64,000 nucleotides of DNA, taken from positions 84,003 through 148,002 of the forward strand of contig JAVHWL010000011.1 of NCBI GenBank assembly GCA_032159825.1, given 5' to 3'. The number at the start of each line of letters is the position of its first letter. Positions within the stretch are counted from its first letter, which is position 1. Positions 46,257 to 55,911 of this stretch are shown here, piece after piece. The translations under genes were made by a program, and so were the position numbers. Source of the stretch: Acidobacteriota bacterium (GTDB taxonomy: Bacteria > Acidobacteriota > Blastocatellia > Pyrinomonadales > Pyrinomonadaceae). The notes beneath the pieces are model-generated. The model did no database searches, was not told the origin of the DNA, and saw only the letters and a list, made by a program, of their open reading frames with translations.

Positions 46257-47051
46257 ATGCTTCGACGATTAGTAAAATCAAAATCAATACTGCTGGCGAC
46301 TTGCTGCCTGGCCGTAACCCTCCTGGCAATTCCCGTCACCACACGCACCAGCAAAGCCGACGACCTGTCGGGTCGTGAGCTACTGAGCGTGACCAGAGTC
46401 GCGCAGGGCGGCGCTGAATACACAGGGCTTCAATATGTGACAGTGCGCGCCGAAGGCTTCGTCAACGCGGCTGCCTTCGCCGGAATCGGGGCCAATCCCC
46501 TCGGCGCAGCGGTCGAGGTCAAACTTAACGTGACGGATTACCAGGACAAGTCCATGCGCCGCAGGTTGGACGTTGCGCCGGGCGGCGGGCTGCTCGCCGT
46601 AGGGCCGACCTACCTTGTCTACACAGGCACGGAAGGTGGCGGGATGTTCGCTGGCAACCAGATTCGCGTGAGCGAGGTTGCCGCCTCTCGCCATTGGGCC
46701 ATGATGGGCTTCGACACACTCAATCGCGCCATCGAAGGCCAGCTTCAAACTGCGCGCCAGAAAGATGAAGGCAACGATTACGTTGTTGAAGTCAAGTTCA
46801 CCCCTGCGGACACCATTCGCTACTGGATTAACAAAAGCTCTTTCCTGATAGACAAAATCACCACCCGCTACAATAGCCAGGTGATGATCGAGGAAGACAG
46901 GAGCGACTACCGCAAGGTAAGCTGCATGACGCTACCCTTCCATGTAGTGACTAAACTGAAGGGTCAGCGTCTAGCAGACCTTTCGATTAATAACTACGAC
47001 CTGCAAACGGTCGTCCCCGCCGCACGCTTTTCGATGACGGCAATGCCGTAG
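46257..47051 (+). CDS. Hypothetical secreted protein
   Basis: ATG at 46257, 12 nt after a gaggag RBS. Signal-like LLATCCLAVTLLAIPV. The body is beta-rich and matches no motif I recognise. Confidence 0.5.
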   Translation: MLRRLVKSKSILLATCCLAVTLLAIPVTTRTSKADDLSGRELLSVTRVAQGGAEYTGLQYVTVRAEGFVNAAAFAGIGANPLGAAVEVKLNVTDYQDKSMRRRLDVAPGGGLLAVGPTYLVYTGTEGGGMFAGNQIRVSEVAASRHWAMMGFDTLNRAIEGQLQTARQKDEGNDYVVEVKFTPADTIRYWINKSSFLIDKITTRYNSQVMIEEDRSDYRKVSCMTLPFHVVTKLKGQRLADLSINNYDLQTVVPAARFSMTAMP

Positions 47052-47131
47052 TAATGCAAAATTAAAAATGTAAAATGCAAAAGTGAGGAAGAAGGGCGAA
47101 CCTTTCATCCTCACTTTTGCATTTTTATTAC
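47051..47131. repeat. Heptad-arm hairpin, AAATGCA family
   Basis: Left arm gtaatgcaaaattaaaaatgtaaaatgcaaaagtgaggaagaagg pairs with right arm cctttcatcctcacttttgcatttttattac. Confidence 0.75.
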
Positions 47132-47161
47132 GGTTTACAGATGAATGCGACCCGTTTAGAG

Positions 47162-47205
47162 TTCACGCTTTAGCGTGCTCAATTGATGCAGCCTCAAGGC
47201 TGTAC
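47162..47205. repeat. Pair of mini-hairpins resembling modules of the nested-palindrome element
   Basis: The two mini-hairpins are cacgc-ttta-gcgtg and cagcc-tcaa-ggctg. Confidence 0.4.
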
Positions 47206-47253
47206 TCTGAACATGGGCCGCACTCTATTGAAAACCGTAATAATTTTGCCTTT

Positions 47254-47757
47254 TTAATTCTTCTCTTCCGGCAGTGCTTTCCCGCGCCAGTCCATCTCTT
47301 GTTCGATGCGGCGGACGTAGATGGATGCGCCCTGTATGCGCTCGACCGTGACGCGCTCTCCTGCTTCGAGCGGCTCTTCGCCTTCCGCCGGGTATGCCGT
47401 CCACGTCGAGCCGTAAACTTTCACAGCCCCTTCATGTAGCGCGCCCTTGCTTGAGGAGACGACTGTCCCGACTTTACCCGGCAGCGCATCCACGCCCATT
47501 TTGAGATCATCTCCGTCACGAGCGCGTGAGAAGTAGTTAACGAAGATTGTGCGCGAAGCGGCGGTGAGCGTGACGGAAACGAGCGCGAAGATGAGAAATT
47601 GCAGCGCGAGGCTAGAGATGCCGACTAATCCGGCGAACGCTGCGGCGAGCGCGCCGATGCCGAACCAGAGCAGGACGAAGCCAGGCGTGAAGACCTCCGC
47701 GACAATCAGAATCACGCCGAGCACCGTCCAGATAATCCATGTCCAGGAAACATCCAT
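47254..47757 (-). CDS. NfeD-family membrane protein
   Basis: Three N-terminal TM helices and a C-terminal OB-like domain (GKVGTVVSS...AVKVYGSTWTA...GERVTVERIQGASIYV). Confidence 0.75.
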   Translation of the reverse strand: MDVSWTWIIWTVLGVILIVAEVFTPGFVLLWFGIGALAAAFAGLVGISSLALQFLIFALVSVTLTAASRTIFVNYFSRARDGDDLKMGVDALPGKVGTVVSSSKGALHEGAVKVYGSTWTAYPAEGEEPLEAGERVTVERIQGASIYVRRIEQEMDWRGKALPEEKN

Positions 47758-47820
47758 CTTCAGCTTGGACGATAGAACGTCCTTCTTTCATTGTCTATCG
47801 TTGGTCAATGGTCTCACGGG

Positions 47821-48741
47821 CTAACCCTTGAACATATTCTTCATGACGAACCAGATGTTCGCCGGACGCTCTGCCAGCCGCCTCATGAAATAAGGATACC
47901 AGTGTTTCCCGTATGGGACATAGACGCGCATGTTGTAGCCGTCTCTGGCAAGCTGCGCCTGTAGGTCGCGCCTGATGCCGTAGAGCATCTGAAACTCAAA
48001 CGCTTCTTTGCCGATCCCCTCGCGCGCGGCATATTCGATGGTCGCTTCGATCATCCTCGGGTCGTGCGTAGCGATGCCGTGATAGACGCCCGAAGAGAGG
48101 AGCGTCTTCATCACTCGCACGTAGTTTTCATCAACGTCTTTCTTATCGGGAAATGCGACTTCGGGCGGCTCATTGTAAGCGCCTTTGCAGATGCGTATGC
48201 GCGCCGGAATTTTCAATAAATCCTGAACATCGTCGTAGGTGCGACGCAGATACGACTGCATAACTATGCCCACCTCGTTCAAGCCAAATTCTGAGCGTAA
48301 ACGCTTGAAAATGTCTATCGTCGCTTGTGTGACCTGTGACGCTTCCATATCCACGCGAACGAAGTTGCCGCGACGCGCTGCATCCTCAACGATGCGGTGA
48401 GCATTTTTGTAAGCAAGCTCAGGATCAATCCCCAGGCCGAACTGCGTCAGCTTGATGGAGACATTCGAGCGGATGCCCGTGTCATCTATGCGGGAGAGAA
48501 TCTGTAAGTATTCACGAACCTCTTCTTCGGTCTCGGAGGCATCGGCGACCGATTCGTTGAGATGATCGAAAGAGGCCGTCGAGCCTTTCCCGTTGATCTC
48601 ACGGATGGCGGCAATCGCTTCTTCAATATCGTCGCCCGCAACGAAGCGGGTCGTCATCTTCTTGAAAAAGCGAAACCGCGTCGCAAAATCCTTCAAGCCT
48701 TCACGACGCGATAAGTAGAGCAGCGCGTTCCTTGTAACCAT
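47821..48741 (-). CDS. Monofunctional proline dehydrogenase
   Basis: 306 aa with PRODH barrel motifs (FVRVDMEAS, RICKGAY, ATHD, QMLYGIR). Confidence 0.85.
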   Translation of the reverse strand: MVTRNALLYLSRREGLKDFATRFRFFKKMTTRFVAGDDIEEAIAAIREINGKGSTASFDHLNESVADASETEEEVREYLQILSRIDDTGIRSNVSIKLTQFGLGIDPELAYKNAHRIVEDAARRGNFVRVDMEASQVTQATIDIFKRLRSEFGLNEVGIVMQSYLRRTYDDVQDLLKIPARIRICKGAYNEPPEVAFPDKKDVDENYVRVMKTLLSSGVYHGIATHDPRMIEATIEYAAREGIGKEAFEFQMLYGIRRDLQAQLARDGYNMRVYVPYGKHWYPYFMRRLAERPANIWFVMKNMFKG

Positions 48742-48746
48742 AGCGG

Positions 48747-48825
48747 AGTGATGAGTGATAAGTGATGAGTGAATGAGTAAAGGCTCTTGTTCTTACTCAT
48801 CACTCATCACTTATCACTCATCACT
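48747..48825. repeat. Heptad-arm hairpin, GTGATRA family
   Basis: Left arm agtgatgagtgataagtgatgagtgaatgagtaa pairs with right arm ttactcatcactcatcacttatcactcatcact. Confidence 0.8.
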
Positions 48826-48896
48826 GTCCTTTCATGTGATGCCGAGTTGAGATAGCTGCCAGCATAAGTGAAACTTTCGCCCGCACGCAAGCGCGG

Positions 48897-49475
48897 TTAT
48901 TGATTGAGCGGATTCAAGCCGATCTCTTGTTGAATAGGACGCAGGGCATCAATCACGAAACGTATGTGCTCATCCAGATCAACGTCCAGTTCCGCGACGC
49001 CCTGGCGAATGTCGTCGCGGTTCACCGTGCGCGCAAACGCTTTGTCTTTGAGTTTCTTCTTGACCGAAGATACTTCCAAATCATCAAGGCTGCGTGAGGG
49101 ACGCACGAGCGCGCACGCGACCAGAAACCCGCACAATTCATCGGTCGCAAAGAGCGCACGCGCCATCTGTGTATCGCGCGGCACGCCCGTGTAAGTCGCA
49201 TGTCCCATGATCGCGCGAATGATGCGATCAGGATAACCGCGCCCGCACATGATGCTCGCCCCTTTGAAGGGATGCTCGTCCGCGCTCGGAAACATCTCGT
49301 AATCGAAATCATGCATCAACCCGACCAATCCCCATTCGTCCACGTCCGCATCCGCGCCGCCGTACCGCAGCGCACAAGCGCGCATAGCAGTTTCGACAGC
49401 AAGCGCATGCTTTCGCAGGCTGTCTCCCTTTGTGTACTCACACAGCAATTCCCAGGCGTCTTTTCTATCAGGCAT
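48897..49475 (-). CDS. HD-domain phosphohydrolase
   Basis: Contains KHALAVE and GLMHDFDYE. Start taken at ATG 49475. The ORF-track extension reads through the hairpin. Confidence 0.75.
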   Translation of the reverse strand: MPDRKDAWELLCEYTKGDSLRKHALAVETAMRACALRYGGADADVDEWGLVGLMHDFDYEMFPSADEHPFKGASIMCGRGYPDRIIRAIMGHATYTGVPRDTQMARALFATDELCGFLVACALVRPSRSLDDLEVSSVKKKLKDKAFARTVNRDDIRQGVAELDVDLDEHIRFVIDALRPIQQEIGLNPLNQ

Positions 49476-49482
49476 AAAAGAT

Positions 49483-49550
49483 GTGATGAGTAATAGGTGA
49501 TGGGTGATAAGAGAAAACACGCTCTTTCTTATCACCTATCACCTATTACT
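49483..49550. repeat. Heptad-arm hairpin, GTGATRA family
   Basis: Left arm gtgatgagtaataggtgatgggtgataagagaaa pairs with right arm ctttcttatcacctatcacctattact. It contains the acyl-CoA dehydrogenase stop codon. Confidence 0.75.
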
Positions 49551-50691
49551 GTTTTAAGATTTCTCTTGAGATGACGAGGCGTTGAATCTCGCTCGTCCCT
49601 TCGTAAATTGTGGTGACGCGCGCGTCGCGGCACATGCGCTCTACTGGATAGTCGCGCGAGTAGCCGTTGCCGCCGTGAATTTGAACGGCGTCGGCGCAGA
49701 CCTTGTTTGCTGTTTCCGAGGCGAAGAGCTTTGCCATCGCTGCGTGATAGCCAGCCTGCTTGTGTCCTGCGTCTTTCATTGCGGCTGCGCGCAAGGTCAG
49801 TAATCGTGCGGCATCGGTTTCGGTCGCCATGTTAGCGAGCTTGAATTGAATCGCTTGAAACTCCGCAATCGGCTGGCCGAATGCCTGTCGCTCCTTCGCA
49901 TACTTCGTCGCCTCGTCGAGCGCGCCTTGAGCGATTCCGGTCGAGAGCGCGCCGATGCCGATGCGCCCGTTGTCCAGACTATTGAAGGCTACTTTCTTTC
50001 CCATCCCTTCGCCGCCAAGAACGTTCGCGGCAGGCACGCGCACATCCGCAAAGCTCATCTCGGCTGTCTGAGAGGCGCGCTGTCCCATCTTGTGTTCGAT
50101 GGCTGAGACTGTCAGCCCGGGCGTGTCGCCTTCGACGATGAATGCTGTCACCTTGCTCTTGTCGTCTTCACGTCCGGTTACAGCCATGACGATATACGTA
50201 TGCGCTTCACCGCCGCTAGTCACCCACGACTTCGTGCCGTTGATGACGTATGAGTCGCCATCGCGCACGGCGCGCGTTCGCAGGTTGGTCGCGTCTGAGC
50301 CAGCTTGCGGCTCTGAAAGACAGAATGCTCCGAGCGTCTCGCCGCGCGCGAGCGGGACAAGATATTTTCGCTTCTGCTCTTCAGTCCCAAAACTCAAGAT
50401 AGGATAGCAGCAGACGGAGTTTGTAACGCCGACGATCACGCAGACTGAAGCATCTGCGCGCGCAATCTCTTCGAGTGCGACGGCATAAGCAACCGCGTCG
50501 AAGCCAGCGCCGCCCCACTCTTCGGGGATAATCATGCCGAGGAGTCCTAACTCGGCCAGCCCTCGCAATTGCTCGCGCGGGAAACGCGACTGCTCGTCGT
50601 ACTCATGCGCGCGTGGTGCAATCTCGCCCGCGACGAACTCGCGCACCGATGCCTGCACCATTCGCTGCTCTTCTGTCAGTCCAAAATCCAC
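49546..50691 (-). CDS. Acyl-CoA dehydrogenase (short-chain/butyryl-CoA type)
   Basis: Contains FCLSEPQAGSD, IHGGNGYSRDYPVER and IYEGTSEIQRL. Confidence 0.9.
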   Translation of the reverse strand: MDFGLTEEQRMVQASVREFVAGEIAPRAHEYDEQSRFPREQLRGLAELGLLGMIIPEEWGGAGFDAVAYAVALEEIARADASVCVIVGVTNSVCCYPILSFGTEEQKRKYLVPLARGETLGAFCLSEPQAGSDATNLRTRAVRDGDSYVINGTKSWVTSGGEAHTYIVMAVTGREDDKSKVTAFIVEGDTPGLTVSAIEHKMGQRASQTAEMSFADVRVPAANVLGGEGMGKKVAFNSLDNGRIGIGALSTGIAQGALDEATKYAKERQAFGQPIAEFQAIQFKLANMATETDAARLLTLRAAAMKDAGHKQAGYHAAMAKLFASETANKVCADAVQIHGGNGYSRDYPVERMCRDARVTTIYEGTSEIQRLVISREILKQ

Positions 50692-50853
50692 CGCTTGTTT
50701 GCTCCCCTTTTTGTATGGAAACTAGCACGAGAGAGAACGCTGGACAAGTGCGCGAGCGCCAACTGACAATGCGTTGAATTGGTGTATTATCAAGAACCTT
50801 AGAGCAGATTGATGTATCGGTTAACATTCATTCCCGGACTTTTCAAGTAGAGC

Positions 50854-51936
50854 ATGTCAGACGACGTTCAAATCAAGCAGTTCGAGGCTTCTGATGAAGA
50901 CGCGCTGCTGTCTTTCCTGCGGTTGGCCTACGTGGACGAGCCAATCAAGAGCGACCCGGACTTCTGGAGGTGGCATTTTTTGGGGAACCCGTATGCCAGT
51001 TCCGATGATGTGCCGCTGTGGATCGTCAGAAGCGGCGATGCGGTTGTGGGACAAATGGCGACAATCCCTGTCCAGCTTAAAGTTGGTGAAGATGAAAGGC
51101 GCGCGCTCTGGATTATAGATTTCATACTGTTGCCTGAATATCGCGGGCGCAAACTCGGCAAGCGTCTGATGCAGGTTGCACGCGATACATATTGCCGGAC
51201 GATGATTGCGCTCGGCTACAACGAGCAGTCGGAAGCAGTCCTTCGCAGCCATAAATGGGTGTCGCTCGGCAGCATCAACCGCTACCATAAACTCTTGTTT
51301 CCGGGTAACGCCACCAAAGAGATTTACAGACTCGGCCCCGTTCGCCACGTAGCCAATCTCCTCTACGCCCCTTTGCGACCGCGCCTCTCAAAGCTCACGT
51401 CAAACAATGATGGCGCGCTGCGCGAAGTGACACGCTTCGACTCTTCATTCGACGAACTCTGGAAGGATGCTGCTGCACAGTGGCCGTGCGCCGTAGTACG
51501 CAACTCGCGCTTTCTGGAGTGGCAGTTTATGAAGCAGCCTGGAAAGAAGTATGACGTGCTTGCCTACTATGAACAGGAACGCTTGCTGGGCTATGTTGTT
51601 CTCTTCTTCAGGAAAGCAGAGCACGGTGGAGTTTCCCCTAAAGCCGCGATCAGTGATCTGTGCTACAGCAACAGGAATTCTGAGGAGGTGATTGATAGCC
51701 TTCTGAAAGGCGCGCTGCGATTGGCGATTGAGAGACGCGCTGGTAGCCTGGTGACGGATGTTTTGGACACGCGAGTCGAGCAGCGGCTCCGGCAGCTAGG
51801 ATTCTATCGCATCAAGGCTGCGCCGCCTTTTATGGCTGGCACAGATGAGCGCCAAGATTTAATCTACGCAAGAGACAACTGGTTTTTGACGCGCGCGGAT
51901 TCCGATGTCAGTATTTTCGAGCAGCCGAATTTGTAA
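50854..51936 (+). CDS. GNAT-family acetyltransferase with a C-terminal extension
   Basis: Contains LLPEYRGRKLGKRLM (the acetyl-CoA binding Q/RxxGxG/A-type loop). Confidence 0.65.
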   Translation: MSDDVQIKQFEASDEDALLSFLRLAYVDEPIKSDPDFWRWHFLGNPYASSDDVPLWIVRSGDAVVGQMATIPVQLKVGEDERRALWIIDFILLPEYRGRKLGKRLMQVARDTYCRTMIALGYNEQSEAVLRSHKWVSLGSINRYHKLLFPGNATKEIYRLGPVRHVANLLYAPLRPRLSKLTSNNDGALREVTRFDSSFDELWKDAAAQWPCAVVRNSRFLEWQFMKQPGKKYDVLAYYEQERLLGYVVLFFRKAEHGGVSPKAAISDLCYSNRNSEEVIDSLLKGALRLAIERRAGSLVTDVLDTRVEQRLRQLGFYRIKAAPPFMAGTDERQDLIYARDNWFLTRADSDVSIFEQPNL

Positions 51937-51955
51937 GAGAGATTGAAGCAACAAA

Positions 51956-52669
51956 ATGCTCGTTCCCGTTCTCCTTTATCACAAGATTGATAAGCCCGCT
52001 AAGGATTCCTTGGTGCGTGGCGGGTTCACGCCTCCCGCGCGTTTCGAGCGACAGTTGGCCTACTTAAAGAGGCGTGGATTTGTTTTCTACACCGCTTCGG
52101 AAATGATCGAGCATTACAAGGAGAAGGCCACGTTCCCCAATAACGGAATCACTCTGACCTTCGATGATGGTTGGAAAGACAATTACACAAACGCCTTTCC
52201 TATCTTGCGGCGGCTAAATATTAAGGCGACGATTTTTCTCGTCCCCTCCTGCATCGGCCAGGTTTCGGACAAGGCTCTGGCAAAGGGCGAAGGCGCGCGT
52301 GAGCATCTGACGCGCGCAGAGATTTTAGAAATGTCCGAGCACGGCATTGAGTTCGGCTCGCATTCGATGAACCACAGATTGCTGCATGAGCTTCCGGCTG
52401 AAGAAGTGAAGTTTGAGGTGTTGGAATCTAAACGCCAGCTTGAAGAGTTGCTGCAAAAGACTTGCAAGGTGTTCGCCTATCCCGCCGGATTTTTCAACGA
52501 AGAGGTGCGAGCTTTTGTTGAAGAGACAGGTCACGTCGGCGCATTCACGACTCACTACGGGCCGGATGATCGCCCAGACCCTTACGCCTTAAACCGCATT
52601 GAGATTCTTCGCCGCGACCGTTTCCTTTTTCAGTTCGCGCGCAAGGTTGCGCCGCTCGCGCACGCTTAA
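51956..52669 (+). CDS. Polysaccharide deacetylase (NodB/CE4)
   Basis: Contains LTFDDGWKDNY, GSHSMNH and YPAGF. Confidence 0.85.
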   Translation: MLVPVLLYHKIDKPAKDSLVRGGFTPPARFERQLAYLKRRGFVFYTASEMIEHYKEKATFPNNGITLTFDDGWKDNYTNAFPILRRLNIKATIFLVPSCIGQVSDKALAKGEGAREHLTRAEILEMSEHGIEFGSHSMNHRLLHELPAEEVKFEVLESKRQLEELLQKTCKVFAYPAGFFNEEVRAFVEETGHVGAFTTHYGPDDRPDPYALNRIEILRRDRFLFQFARKVAPLAHA

Positions 52670-52744
52670 TGGTTGGGCTGCTTGCCGCTCGTTTCCCTTC
52701 TCCATTACAATACGCACTGAGCCAATCGTGTCCTTGCCTGTACA

Positions 52745-53569
52745 ATGAAGCCTCTTCTCTTAACAGTTCTCGCGGCTTACGTGGTCGCGGCCATTCATGC
52801 GATTCTGGCGTTCGTCAACAAGCGGCGCACGCTGGAGCGTATTACGCTTGGCTCCTTGGCCTTCGGTTTCGTCCTGCACACGATTACGCTGATTACGGAT
52901 TGGACAGGAGAGGGGCGCTACCCGCTCTTTGGTCTGCGCGAGACTCTCTCCTTTCTTGCATGGACGCTGGTTGCGACTTACGGGCTTGTCATCTTTCGCT
53001 ACCGCACACAGGCTCTTGGGAGTTTTACGTTGCCGCTCGTCGCAGTCCTGACGTTCATCGCCAGCGTGACGCGCGACACTTCCGCTGCGGCTGCGTCAGG
53101 AACGGTGACGGATGCTAACGCTGCGTGGCTTTTCCCAATTCATACGACGCTCCTGATCTTCGCTTACGCCGCGTTCTTCCTGGTCTTCATCGCAAGCATC
53201 ATGTACCTGATGCAAGAGCGCGAGTTGAAACTTAAAACCTTCAGCGCGGTTTTCCATCGGCTGCCATCGTTGACTACTATCAACGACATCGCTACAACGA
53301 CGGTCGGAGTTGGTTGGACGCTGCTGACGCTCGGCATACTGACGGGCATGATCTGGTCTTCATCGCGCGACAATCATCTCTGGCACAACGATCCGAAGGA
53401 GATTTTCGCGGCGCTGACGTGGCTGCTCTATCTGCTGCTCATACTTTACAGGGCGTCCGCCGGATGGCGCGGGCGCAGGGCTGCATGGATGGGCGTCGTT
53501 GGCTTCGTCCTGGTACTCTGCACATTCTTCGGAGCGCGACTGTTGGGCAGCTACCACGTTTTCGGGTAA
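52745..53569 (+). CDS. Cytochrome c assembly (CcsA/HemX-like) membrane protein
   Basis: Eight TM-like segments and a W-rich motif (LWHNDPKE). It is located upstream of hemA, as hemX is in other bacteria. Confidence 0.75.
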   Translation: MKPLLLTVLAAYVVAAIHAILAFVNKRRTLERITLGSLAFGFVLHTITLITDWTGEGRYPLFGLRETLSFLAWTLVATYGLVIFRYRTQALGSFTLPLVAVLTFIASVTRDTSAAAASGTVTDANAAWLFPIHTTLLIFAYAAFFLVFIASIMYLMQERELKLKTFSAVFHRLPSLTTINDIATTTVGVGWTLLTLGILTGMIWSSSRDNHLWHNDPKEIFAALTWLLYLLLILYRASAGWRGRRAAWMGVVGFVLVLCTFFGARLLGSYHVFG

Positions 53570-53613
53570 GCTATCAGAAATTCTGACGCCTTTACTCCTG
53601 GCCCCTGCTTTTT

Positions 53614-54918
53614 ATGTCAATCGTTCTCGTCGGACTCAATCATAAGACCGCGCCCGTCGCGGTGCGCGAGCGTCTGGCTTTCACAGATGAAGCGTGCGCC
53701 GAATCTTTGCGCGCGCTTGTTGACGGCCAAATCGTCAACGAAGGCTTGATTGTTTCGACCTGCAACCGTGTTGAAGTTGTGGCTGCGACTGTCGGCGACC
53801 ATTGGGCGGAGGGTAAGGAGCGCATCACAGATTTCCTGAGCCAGTCACGCTGTATCGCTCACGAAGATTTCAGCAGCCATCTCTACTCACACGCCGACGA
53901 CGCAGCCGTGCGCCACATCTTCCGCGTCGCTTCTTCGCTCGACTCGATGGTGGTGGGCGAACCGCAAGTGCTCGGACAGGTGCGCCGCGCCTATTCTCTG
54001 GCGGTCTCGGCGGGCACAGCCGGGCGCGTCTTGAATCGTCTCGTTCATCAAACTTTTCACGTCGCCAAGCGTGTGCGAACCGAAACAGGCATCGCAGCTT
54101 CAGCCGTCTCGATCAGCTACATGGCCGTTGAGCTTGGGCGCAAGATTTTCGGCAATCTAAAGGGGCGCACCGTCTTGCTCATCGGCGCGGGCGAGATGGC
54201 CGAGCTATCCGCCAAGCACCTGGTGAGCGCCGGAGTCGCGCGCGTTCTTGTTGCGAACCGAACCGATGAAGCGGCTCGCCAGCTTGCCTCGCAGTTTAAC
54301 GGTGAAGCAGTAGAGTTCTCGCGCCTCCCTGCTCATCTCGCGGAAGCGGACATCGTTATCTGCTCCACGGGCGCGAGCGAATACTTGATTACGCCTGCCA
54401 TCGCACGCGAGGCTCTTGAGCTGCGCCGCAACCGTCCGGCCTTCTTCATAGACATCTCAGTTCCGCGCAACATTGATCCGGCGGTAGGCCAGATTCCCAA
54501 TCTCTTCATCTTCGACATAGACGATCTGGAATCCGTTATCGCTTCTAACATACGCGAGCGCGAGCGCGAGGCTGAGCGCGCGGAGTTGATTGTCGAATCC
54601 GAGGTCATGCAGTTTCAGCAGGCGCTTCGCACCCTGGACATCGGCCCGACCCTGGGCGCGCTCCGCCAGAAGCTGCACGACATTGCGAGCAACGAGATGG
54701 CGCGTCAAAGACAGCGCCTCGGTGATTTGACGCCGGAACAGGAGCGCGCCGTCGAGAGTCTTCTCAGGTCAACCGTCAATAAGATTTCTCATCCCATCAT
54801 CAATCGCCTGAAAAGCTCTTACGACGCGGGCGAATATGACGCTGTGAAAGCGTGGCGCGAAATTTTTGGACTGGAAACGGGAGATGAGAGTCAGGGGATG
54901 TTAGACGGTGAAGAATAG
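53614..54918 (+). CDS. hemA: Glutamyl-tRNA reductase
   Basis: Contains VGLNHKTAPVAVRE, STCNRVE and GAGEMAEL. Confidence 0.93.
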   Translation: MSIVLVGLNHKTAPVAVRERLAFTDEACAESLRALVDGQIVNEGLIVSTCNRVEVVAATVGDHWAEGKERITDFLSQSRCIAHEDFSSHLYSHADDAAVRHIFRVASSLDSMVVGEPQVLGQVRRAYSLAVSAGTAGRVLNRLVHQTFHVAKRVRTETGIAASAVSISYMAVELGRKIFGNLKGRTVLLIGAGEMAELSAKHLVSAGVARVLVANRTDEAARQLASQFNGEAVEFSRLPAHLAEADIVICSTGASEYLITPAIAREALELRRNRPAFFIDISVPRNIDPAVGQIPNLFIFDIDDLESVIASNIREREREAERAELIVESEVMQFQQALRTLDIGPTLGALRQKLHDIASNEMARQRQRLGDLTPEQERAVESLLRSTVNKISHPIINRLKSSYDAGEYDAVKAWREIFGLETGDESQGMLDGEE

Positions 54919-54959
54919 AGGTTCGTCAGTTATCTCCCTCCAACACTCTAAAATTTCAC

Positions 54960-55769
54960 ATGGCGCTTTCAACCGAAAAACTTCTAGCGGGGCGCACAAT
55001 CGTCATCACGCGCGCTCGCGCGCAGGCTGCGGAGTTTGCCACAGAGCTTGAGCAATTGGGCGCGCGTGTCATCAGTTGCCCGACGATTGAGATTGTCGAG
55101 CCTGAGAGCTACGCGCTGCTCGATGAAGCAATCGAAAATCTGTTTGGCTACGACTGGCTCATCTTCACGAGCGTCAACGGTGTTGACTATTTTCTACGCC
55201 GCTTTGAAAAGCTCGGCCACGATGTCTCCGAGCTAGACGAGTTGCGTGTCTGCGCCATCGGCGAGGCGACCGCTGTCCGCTTGCGTGAAGCGCGCATCCA
55301 CGTTGATGTTGTCCCGGAGCAGTTCAAAGCTGAAGGCGCATACGCTGCGATTGAATCTTATCTCGGCGGGAGCGATGGTCTAAACCGCCTGGTCTTTCTT
55401 ATCCCGCGCGCGGCTATCGCACGCGACTATCTCCCGAACGCACTCGTAGAAGCGGGCGCGCGGGCGGATGTCGTACCTGCCTACCGCACCGTCCGCCCAA
55501 ACACGTCCGAGCGCGGGCGCGTCGAAGCCATGCTCACCGGCGGCGCAGTTGATTGCATCACCTTCACCAGCTCCTCGACGGTCATCAACTTCGCTCAACT
55601 TTTCGACACCACCGACTTGAGCAAACTACTTGCAGGCGTACACGTCGCCTGCATCGGCGACATCACCGCTGCCACAGCCGCCGAGTATGGTCTGCACACT
55701 GACATCCAGCCAAACGAATACACCATCCCCGCGCTGACCCGTGCAATCGCCTCTTATTACTCAAAATAG
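54960..55769 (+). CDS. hemD: Uroporphyrinogen-III synthase
   Basis: Contains LAGRTIVITRA and WLIFTSVNGV. It sits after hemA. Confidence 0.8.
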   Translation: MALSTEKLLAGRTIVITRARAQAAEFATELEQLGARVISCPTIEIVEPESYALLDEAIENLFGYDWLIFTSVNGVDYFLRRFEKLGHDVSELDELRVCAIGEATAVRLREARIHVDVVPEQFKAEGAYAAIESYLGGSDGLNRLVFLIPRAAIARDYLPNALVEAGARADVVPAYRTVRPNTSERGRVEAMLTGGAVDCITFTSSSTVINFAQLFDTTDLSKLLAGVHVACIGDITAATAAEYGLHTDIQPNEYTIPALTRAIASYYSK

Positions 55770-55863
55770 ATTAACCGCAGAGGACGCAGAGGACACAGAG
55801 GGTCGAAGAGATTGAATCATTCTTATCTTCCCTCTGCGTCCTCTGTGTCCTCTGTGGTTAATC
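55769..55863. repeat. Hairpin element, CACAGAG family
   Basis: Left arm gattaaccgcagaggacgcagaggacacagagggtcgaagagatt pairs with right arm aatcattcttatcttccctctgcgtcctctgtgtcctctgtggttaatc. Confidence 0.8.
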
Positions 55864-55911
55864 TTGCTCGCTCACGCCTTCAAGCTCAAGGTCTGTGCTA
55901 AACTTCCAATC